From NCBI GenBank assembly GCA_964650355.1, contig CAZYTL010000002.1, positions 6,964 through 70,963 of the forward strand: a stretch of DNA of 64,000 nt, written 5' to 3'. The position numbers and the translations under genes were made by a program. Below the pieces are notes generated by a model that saw only the letters and a program-made list of their open reading frames with translations, ran no database searches and was not told where the DNA came from. Numbering within the stretch: the stretch's first letter is position 1; every line of letters starts with the position of its first letter. This stretch comes from an uncultured Gammaproteobacteria bacterium. GTDB taxonomy: Bacteria > Patescibacteriota > Microgenomatia > CAYXHB01 > CAZYTL01. Below, piece by piece: positions 57,831 to 64,000 of this stretch.

Positions 57831-58142
57831 ATTTTTTGGTTGCCAGTTGAATCGGGTGAGATCTACAGTTGAGCCTTGGAAAACGATGCCTTCGGACTGG
57901 AGACGACGAATTTTTCCGGGAATACCACCTTGGCCAGCATAACCATGCATGTGACCGTCAGACCCGATGACTCGATGACAAGGAATGTTTTTCAGGTCAG
58001 GATTGTGTTTCATGAGTAACCCGACTGACCGGGCAGCCTTGGGGCTACCTGCCAGTTGGGCAATCTGTTGATAAGTGGCCACTTTGCCGGCCGGAATCTG
58101 ACTAACAACATGGTAAACCCGACGGGAGAAGTCTGAGGACAT
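57825..58142 (-). CDS. ogt: Methylated-DNA--protein-cysteine methyltransferase, C-terminal DNA-binding/active-site domain only
   Basis: Active site IPCHRVIGSDG and HTH. 105 aa. Confidence 0.8.
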   Translation of the reverse strand: MSSDFSRRVYHVVSQIPAGKVATYQQIAQLAGSPKAARSVGLLMKHNPDLKNIPCHRVIGSDGHMHGYAGQGGIPGKIRRLQSEGIVFQGSTVDLTRFNWQPKNL

Positions 58143-58648
58143 AGATGAATGTTACCGGGAAACTGTGAGTGAGTCAACGAAAGGAAAAGACGACGGCGCG
58201 TGCTTAACGGACCGACAACGTGTTTTAATTTCCCTGAATTTTGTTAGTTAAAAACACCGAATTTGTAACCAAATAGATCATGGCAGCCGGTCGAAATATT
58301 CATTAATAAAAGAGATAATGACTATCTCCCAGACAATCCCTCCCAGAGGGTGATGTCTAATGCGGGTTTGAGTGAAGGTACGAGTTAGAGTTGGTAGAAG
58401 TTTTTTCAGACGAACTATCAATCATATTTTTATTACCGGTAGGGATCGTTTTTTGAAGATTCGACCATAAACGGCTATTTGGTTTCTACTAACTGAATAG
58501 TAGGTTAGATAGAGACCTTGTCGAGCAGACTAATCTTTTATCGAGTTTGATTTTGAAAATAGCTCTGGTTTATGAACTGAGCATTTAAAACTGATTATTG
58601 TCTTCGTCGATCTGACTAGATTAAAATGGTATTATAAATAATTAAGTT

Positions 58649-58789
58649 ATGGAAGAAACTCCAACGGATCAAACATCAACCGCCCCTGTGAAACAAACTA
58701 GCGACAGCCCTACTCCGGTCAATTCGTATAGTCCAGCACCTGAAACTCCGCAAAGTACAGAAAAGATAGAATCTAAAAGTAGTAGTTGA
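58649..58789 (+). CDS. Possible small S/T/P-rich upstream ORF (46 codons). It is in frame with the downstream gene and separated from it by a single TGA.
   Basis: The ATG at 58649 gives MEETPTDQTSTAPVKQTSDSPTPVNSYSPAPETPQSTEKIESKSSS, then TGA at 58787-58789, immediately followed by the ATG at 58790. Confidence 0.25.
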   Translation: MEETPTDQTSTAPVKQTSDSPTPVNSYSPAPETPQSTEKIESKSSS

Positions 58790-59590
58790 ATGGTTTGGTT
58801 AATATTGGGAGGATTAATTTTAATCGTTTTAGTAGCCGGAGGCATATATTATTGGCTGCAAAAAACACCAAATTCTAACACGGCACTAACTCAAAATATC
58901 CAACCAACTCCATCAGTCCCATCCATTAAAGAGCAATTAGTAATTGGAACTGACGCTACTTTCCCTCCGATGGAGATGTTCGACGGCTCAAACAACTTGG
59001 TTGGTTACGATATCGATTTAGGCAATAAAATTGGTGAAAAGTTAAACACCAAAGTTGAGTTTAAAAATATCCCCTGGGATCAGCTATTTACATCTCTGGA
59101 GTCGGGAGATGTGGACATGGTGATTTCCGGAGTAACCATAAATGATGAACGGAAACAAACTTATGATTTTTCCGAGCCTTACCTAAATAACGGCCAAGTA
59201 GTGATTGTCCAACGGATTAATCAGGATATTAATTCGGTTAACGACTTGCAAGGGAAAAAGATTGCAGTTCAGAAAGGCACCACGAATGAAGAACAAGCAT
59301 ATAATTATACCGATAAACAATTAGTTTTAGCTGTAGATAATTTTATTCAAGCTACAGAATTATTAGTAGATGGCACCGCTAATGCTGTTTTTTCCGATTT
59401 AGCTGGCGCTAAAGGAATTATAAATGACCACCCAGAATTGAAAATTGTAGGAGAGCCGTTTACTTCAGAATATTACGGTATCATGTTTGCCAAAGGCAAC
59501 CAGGATTTAGTAAGTAAGGTTAATGATACCCTTGATAACCTTAGACAAGAAGGGGTGCTGGTGTTTTTGAAACAAAAATGGTTAGAATAA
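58790..59590 (+). CDS. Periplasmic substrate-binding protein (SBP family 3, amino-acid type) with an N-terminal membrane anchor
   Basis: Motifs GTDATFPPMEM and DMVISGVTINDERKQ. 266 aa. Confidence 0.8.
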   Translation: MVWLILGGLILIVLVAGGIYYWLQKTPNSNTALTQNIQPTPSVPSIKEQLVIGTDATFPPMEMFDGSNNLVGYDIDLGNKIGEKLNTKVEFKNIPWDQLFTSLESGDVDMVISGVTINDERKQTYDFSEPYLNNGQVVIVQRINQDINSVNDLQGKKIAVQKGTTNEEQAYNYTDKQLVLAVDNFIQATELLVDGTANAVFSDLAGAKGIINDHPELKIVGEPFTSEYYGIMFAKGNQDLVSKVNDTLDNLRQEGVLVFLKQKWLE

Positions 59591-59594
59591 TTTA

Positions 59595-61802
59595 ATGAGG
59601 TTCAGTATCCGGACGAAATTATTATTGGGTTTTGCCTTATTAGGGTTATTATCTTCTCTGGTACAGGTTTTTGGGGTTGTAATTATAGAAGATTATTTTC
59701 ATGCTCAGGTTGAGCAATCATTAAAAGACAAAGCTGACCTAGCAGCTACCCAAATATTAAACCTCAGATCCAGAATCGAACTGGACCATTTAGGAATTGC
59801 AAGAGAGTATGGCTTATTAGAGTCTGGTGATGTTAGGCAATTGGCGGGAATAATTGATTTCGTTTTAAGCCAAAATCCCTTTTATCAAAAAATTACTATC
59901 CTCTCCCCTACCGGAAAAGAAATTCTGAAGATAGACCAGTTTTCACAAATCCCCGACGAAAGTTTAGATTTTGAAATTCCTACCCAATCATTTACTCAGG
60001 CTTTGGACGGCAATACTGGTGTTTCTAAAGTTTATTTTTTAGAACCAAGCTCTTCTCCCCAAGTCGACATATTTACACCGATTTTATCGTTTGATAAACA
60101 AGTTATCGGGGTGATAAAAAGCCAAATCAGACTGGATAGCTTGTGGGATGTCTTAGCACAAATTCAGATAGGTAAGCAGGGATTGGTGTACGTAGTTGAT
60201 GACGAAGGCCGGCTAATTGCCCACCCGGATAGAGCGTTGGTATTACAGGCGCCAAATTATGCTGAGCGGCCTTTAATTAAAGCGATGATTAACCATCAAA
60301 CGAATCAACTAACTGACGAGGATTTTAATTACCTCAATGATAAGCAAGAACCGGTAATCGCTATGGCTAAGTTAATTCCCGATCTGAACTGGGTGGTGAT
60401 AGTAGAGGAACCCCAGAGTGAAGCTTTCAGTCAAATCAATATATTAAGGAGTGTATTTCGTGGGGCCACGGTAGCGTCTATTGGGTTACTGATTCTGATT
60501 TCTTTTTTCTTAAGTCATAGATTATCCCAACCAATTAAGAAATTACAAAGTTTTTCAGAATCATTAAGTAAAGGAAACCTACGCATCAGATCCGATATTT
60601 CAACCGGTGATGAAATTGAAGATTTATCAACGTCGTTTAATTCGATGGCCAGCCAATTAAACTCTTTGGTAGATCAACTGGCGGAAAATAACCAAAATCT
60701 GGAACAGGAAAAAACTCACGTGGAGGCCGAACGCAATAAATTGTCGATTATCATGCACGAAATTACCGACAGTGTGATTGCCGTTGATAAACAAAGAAAA
60801 ATTGTAATTTTTAATAAAGCTGCGGAAAAAATAACTGGATACCAAATAAGTGAGGCAAAAGATAAACCGATCAGTGATTTGCTTAGACTTTATGGCCAAA
60901 ATGGTGAAATTTCCGTAGATATCTATTGTCCGATAAAACCAGGCGATTATGAGGGTCTAGTATACCATCAAGATAAGGTTAAATTAGTGGGTAAGGAAGA
61001 TAAAACGACTTATGTAAATATAGTTTCAGGAAAAATCAAAGAAGGCGAATCAGTAAATTTGGGTACTATATTAACGATCCACAATGTTACGCCAGAAAGA
61101 GAACTGGAAAAGATGAAGCTGGATTTCGTGGCCATGGCTGCTCATGAGCTGCGAACTCCTTTAACTACGGTTCTGGGCTATCTGTCTTTTATTCAGAAGC
61201 CTAAGACAGCCGATAAACTCGCAGAAAATGAACGAGAATATTTATCAAAGGCGATGGTTAGCGCCACCCGTCTGAACCGATTAATTGATAATTTACTAGT
61301 AGTATCCAAGATTGACCAAGGTAGAATGGTGGTGAATGTGAAACCGACCAATTTGGGGAAGTTAATTGAAAAGATGGCTAAGGAATTTACCAACCTGGCT
61401 CAGGTTAAGGGTTTGCAAATGAATATTGAAACTGAAGATAATCTGCCCGAAGTAATGGCTGATCCGGTAGCATTAGAAGAAGTGATTATCAACTTAGTGG
61501 GTAACGCGATTAACTACACTCTATCAGGCAGCATCACCGTCAAAGTGCGCAGAAATGAAGACCAGGTAATGGTTTCCATAGCTGATACAGGGAAAGGCAT
61601 TCCTAAGGAAGCTATTCCGCATTTATTTACCAAATTTTTCCGAGTAATCGGAGAATTACAATCAGGAGCGAAAGGTACCGGATTAGGGCTTTATATTTCT
61701 AAGAAAATTGTTGATTCTTTGGGAGGAAAAATATGGGTGGAAAGTAACTTAAACCAGGGATCAACTTTTTATTTCAGTCTACCGATTGCCAAAATGGATT
61801 GA
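59595..61802 (+). CDS. Sensor histidine kinase (two TM helices flanking a periplasmic Cache-like domain, then HAMP, PAS, HisKA and HATPase)
   Basis: H-box MAAHELRTPL, G-boxes GKGIP and GTGLGLYISKKIV, and a HAMP region. 735 aa. Confidence 0.85.
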   Translation: MRFSIRTKLLLGFALLGLLSSLVQVFGVVIIEDYFHAQVEQSLKDKADLAATQILNLRSRIELDHLGIAREYGLLESGDVRQLAGIIDFVLSQNPFYQKITILSPTGKEILKIDQFSQIPDESLDFEIPTQSFTQALDGNTGVSKVYFLEPSSSPQVDIFTPILSFDKQVIGVIKSQIRLDSLWDVLAQIQIGKQGLVYVVDDEGRLIAHPDRALVLQAPNYAERPLIKAMINHQTNQLTDEDFNYLNDKQEPVIAMAKLIPDLNWVVIVEEPQSEAFSQINILRSVFRGATVASIGLLILISFFLSHRLSQPIKKLQSFSESLSKGNLRIRSDISTGDEIEDLSTSFNSMASQLNSLVDQLAENNQNLEQEKTHVEAERNKLSIIMHEITDSVIAVDKQRKIVIFNKAAEKITGYQISEAKDKPISDLLRLYGQNGEISVDIYCPIKPGDYEGLVYHQDKVKLVGKEDKTTYVNIVSGKIKEGESVNLGTILTIHNVTPERELEKMKLDFVAMAAHELRTPLTTVLGYLSFIQKPKTADKLAENEREYLSKAMVSATRLNRLIDNLLVVSKIDQGRMVVNVKPTNLGKLIEKMAKEFTNLAQVKGLQMNIETEDNLPEVMADPVALEEVIINLVGNAINYTLSGSITVKVRRNEDQVMVSIADTGKGIPKEAIPHLFTKFFRVIGELQSGAKGTGLGLYISKKIVDSLGGKIWVESNLNQGSTFYFSLPIAKMD

Positions 61803-61867
61803 TGTGGTTAATAATATAAATTAGTTTGGGATTTAATTAAATGATCAAATAAAGTAACTCTTATCCG

Positions 61868-62263
61868 ATGAAATTAAACATGTCTAAAAGAATTTTATTA
61901 ATTGAAGACGAACAAATGATTCGAGAGATGTACGAGATCGCTTTGAAAGAAGCTGGTTACAAGGTGAATTGTGTTAAAGATGGAAAGGAAGCTTTGGAAA
62001 TATTAAAACAACCGAACGTTAACTACGATCTAGTACTATTAGATATCCTGCTCCCGGAATTGAATGGAATGAGTGTGTTGAATGAAATGAAGAAAAATGA
62101 CTCGCCTTCGAAAAATATTCCAGTAATTCTATTAACTAATCTGGGAATGGAAGGACTGGTCAATGAGGCTATGAATTTGGGAGCGGAACAATATTTAATT
62201 AAATCAAATATTTTGCCCCAAAATCTGGTAGAAGAACTAAAAAATTTCTTCACAGCACGGTGA
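61868..62263 (+). CDS. Single-domain response regulator (receiver only)
   Basis: Receiver domain only, with a phospho-acceptor pocket (LLIEDEQ...DLVLLDILLP...). 131 aa. Confidence 0.85.
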   Translation: MKLNMSKRILLIEDEQMIREMYEIALKEAGYKVNCVKDGKEALEILKQPNVNYDLVLLDILLPELNGMSVLNEMKKNDSPSKNIPVILLTNLGMEGLVNEAMNLGAEQYLIKSNILPQNLVEELKNFFTAR

Positions 62264-62337
62264 TATGCTTAGTGATGATTTAATCTGACATCCACCGATA
62301 TACGTCAAGATTAACGTGATTTTTAATATTAAACTGC

Positions 62338-62625
62338 ACACCTTCCCTTTAACCGGGCAACTTTTTCAATAATTCCTCCCTGACCAGCGTAGCCATGCAT
62401 GTGTCCGTCAGAGCCGATGACTCGATGACAAGGAATGTTTTTCAGATCAGGATTGTGTTTCATGAGTAACCCGACTGCCCGGGCAGCCTTGGGGCTACCC
62501 GCCAGTTGAGCAACCTGTTGATAAGTGGCTATTTTGCCGGCCGGAATCTGACTAACAACATGGTAAACTCGCCGGGAGAAGTCTGAGAATGTTATCTGGA
62601 AACTAAGAGTGAGTCAACTAATTAG
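62338..62625 (-). pseudogene. Truncated duplicate of ogt. The start codon is lost, the C-terminus is divergent, and the copy extends about 45 bp into the former 5' UTR.
   Basis: About 90% nt identity to 57880-58185 over roughly 260 bp. The ATG is replaced (ata aca ttc), with an in-frame TGA upstream. Only a ~44-codon internal ORF remains (MKHNPDLKNIPCHRVIGSDGHMHGYAGQGG...). Confidence 0.6.
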
Positions 62626-62656
62626 ATGGTTGTAATTATGTTTCATGTTTTATGGT

Positions 62657-63046
62657 TTACTTCCTAATTCTCGGAATCAATTTCCCGGGAACTTTTCTAA
62701 CCTTAATGGTTCTATAACCTAAGATTTTGGCCTTAACCAGTCTATGCAGTCCATCTAGCAGTAGCCATTTACCTCTCCAGTACATGATATCCAAGGGGTA
62801 TCTTAAATCACAGTTCAGTGTTCTGGTATACTCTTCAAGGTATTTTTCTGGATTCTCAACTACCTCATTGGGCTTTAAATCGTAATATCCTTGCTCCGTG
62901 TTCCAAAAAGGAATTTCAAAGTGCCACACTAGTTTAGAAAGAGCCATTTTTTCAACTGGAAGTATTAGAGCCCAAACCTTACGTTCATCCCACTTAAAGT
63001 CAAATCCCACCTCCCGGATAATTTTGGGAACCTTTCTGATACTCAT
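62657..63046 (-). CDS. Hypothetical protein with a ParB/sulfiredoxin-like DGxHR motif
   Basis: 129 aa. LLLDGLHRLVKA resembles the ParB/Srx-fold signature. Confidence 0.35.
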   Translation of the reverse strand: MSIRKVPKIIREVGFDFKWDERKVWALILPVEKMALSKLVWHFEIPFWNTEQGYYDLKPNEVVENPEKYLEEYTRTLNCDLRYPLDIMYWRGKWLLLDGLHRLVKAKILGYRTIKVRKVPGKLIPRIRK

Positions 63047-63048
63047 AG

Positions 63049-63465
63049 CTATTCCTCAAAAGGTTCGGAGATTTCCCAAATGTGATGATCCGGGTCCTGG
63101 AAATAGGTAACTGTTTGGCCCCAGGGGGTAGTTTTGGGTCCTTCTAAAATCTCTACACCTTTAGATTTTAATTGCTCACAGGATTTTTTGAGATCGTCAA
63201 CTTGAAAACCCAGAACTGCTCCTCCTCCGGATCTCATAAATTTAGAGGGAAACATGGTCGTGGCTTCGTCTTTTTGAAAAATTGATAATGAGGTCTCTCC
63301 ACCCACAAAGTTGGCAAATTTACCATCTCGGGATTGGAGTTTTAACCCAAGTTTGTGCTGATAAAAGTCTAGTGACTTATCAAAATCTTCAACTAGTAAA
63401 CAAATAGCAAATAAGTTTTTGAACATGCTGATCACCTCCAATCGATGACGAAGAAATTTTATCAA
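63049..63465 (-). CDS. VOC-family (glyoxalase/bleomycin-resistance) protein
   Basis: 138 aa with a paired beta-alpha-beta-beta-beta module pattern and conserved H/E positions. Confidence 0.65.
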   Translation of the reverse strand: MIKFLRHRLEVISMFKNLFAICLLVEDFDKSLDFYQHKLGLKLQSRDGKFANFVGGETSLSIFQKDEATTMFPSKFMRSGGGAVLGFQVDDLKKSCEQLKSKGVEILEGPKTTPWGQTVTYFQDPDHHIWEISEPFEE

Positions 63466-63533
63466 AGCACTAAAGATCAGATCCAGAGTAGTGGACTACA
63501 CTAAAGTTTCTCTGGCCTATATAATTGTGATTA

Positions 63534-64000
63534 ATGCACAAGATTCAGAAGATTTTATTGAAAAGACTATTGGTGCAAAATAATCAGCGTTACTCTACTT
63601 TGACTCGGGGATACGATTTTGAGGATAATGTGGTGTGGCATTTGAAACAACTAATACAAAAGGGGTTAATTAAGAAGTTGGAAAATCAATATCAAATTAC
63701 TGTTGAAGGAGTGAAACTGGTGACGGATTTTGATTTACCTGATTTGGAAGATACCGGTTATAAAACTTTTTTTCTGGGTTTCCTTTGCCAATATCAAGAT
63801 AAATATTTAATAAAGGAACACCCGGGGGGTGGGATTAATTTTTACAATTTACCCAGTGGAAAACCTAGATTTGGAGAGCCTTTAGAGGAAGCTCTGATAA
63901 GGACTTTTCAGGGTAATACCGGAGTCATTCTTAAGCCAGATAACTTTGGTTATTTAAGTTTGCACTTAAAGACGGTAAAGACTACCAAAGGGGAGGTGTT
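63534..64000 (+). CDS. wHTH / NUDIX fusion protein, partial (continues past the window end). It is a paralog of 35704..36393.
   Basis: Translation from the ATG at 63534 gives ...WHLKQLIQKGLIKKL... (wHTH) and ...GKPRFGEPLEEALIRTFQGNTG (Nudix box), open to the window end. Confidence 0.45.
   Translation, partial: MHKIQKILLKRLLVQNNQRYSTLTRGYDFEDNVVWHLKQLIQKGLIKKLENQYQITVEGVKLVTDFDLPDLEDTGYKTFFLGFLCQYQDKYLIKEHPGGGINFYNLPSGKPRFGEPLEEALIRTFQGNTGVILKPDNFGYLSLHLKTVKTTKGEV

Noticed and set aside
58649-59590. I considered alternative genetic code 25 (TGA=Gly, as in some CPR lineages), which would merge the uORF with the SBP gene.
   Set aside because: All long genes in the window are intact under the standard code. 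TGA terminates pgk and bcp at positions where the protein ends align with the family C-terminus.
1-64000. I looked for tRNA genes, rRNA genes and CRISPR arrays.
   Set aside because: I scanned by eye for T-loop GGTTCRANYC/acceptor patterns and for regularly spaced direct repeats. I found nothing convincing. Non-coding space is small apart from 19213-19780 and 58143-58650.

Overview
This 64 kb window is from a low-GC (roughly 40-45%) bacterial chromosome that uses the standard genetic code. Long ORFs are intact, and TGA, TAA and TAG all act as stops. Coding density is high, with about 60 protein genes. I could not recognise any rRNA or tRNA gene, CRISPR array, or integrase/transposase. The gene content is mostly housekeeping. 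It includes infC-rpmI-rplT followed by pheS-pheT, a MacA/MacB-like efflux pair, a membrane-anchored Clp/Hsp100 ATPase, RodZ, FtsK, RNase J and a Lon-like ATPase. It also includes a type IV pilus assembly block (PilB-PilC-PilM/N-PilO) with a CheY-like regulator, pgk, prs, def, bcp, two MsbA-like ABC exporters, a tight operon of house-cleaning hydrolases (Nudix-Nif3-HD-wHTH/Nudix), a cluster of GT-C-type membrane glycosyltransferase-like proteins (YfhO, PMT/TPR, DUF2029), and a two-component system with an amino-acid-type binding protein. The overall flavour is a small-genome Gram-positive-type or CPR/Patescibacteria-like organism (T-box leader, PilM-PilN fusion, RodZ, RNase J, compact proteins). 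I cannot place it more precisely from sequence alone. Several things stand out. First, a well-formed T-box riboswitch leader (promoter, T-box core, antiterminator/terminator) sits in the 570 bp gap downstream of rnj. It controls an operon containing an uncharacterised 597-aa enzyme, an M20 metallohydrolase and a YbaK/ProX-type aminoacyl-tRNA deacylase. Second, PheT carries a C-terminal AlaX-M-like editing domain. Third, a degraded partial copy of the ABC ATPase gene lies beside a Tat-signal gene that occupies the slot where the efflux permease would be. Fourth, a truncated ogt duplicate forms 260 bp direct repeats flanking the two-component module. Fifth, the Clp ATPase is membrane-anchored and lacks a ClpP-docking loop, and the Lon-like ATPase lacks a protease domain.
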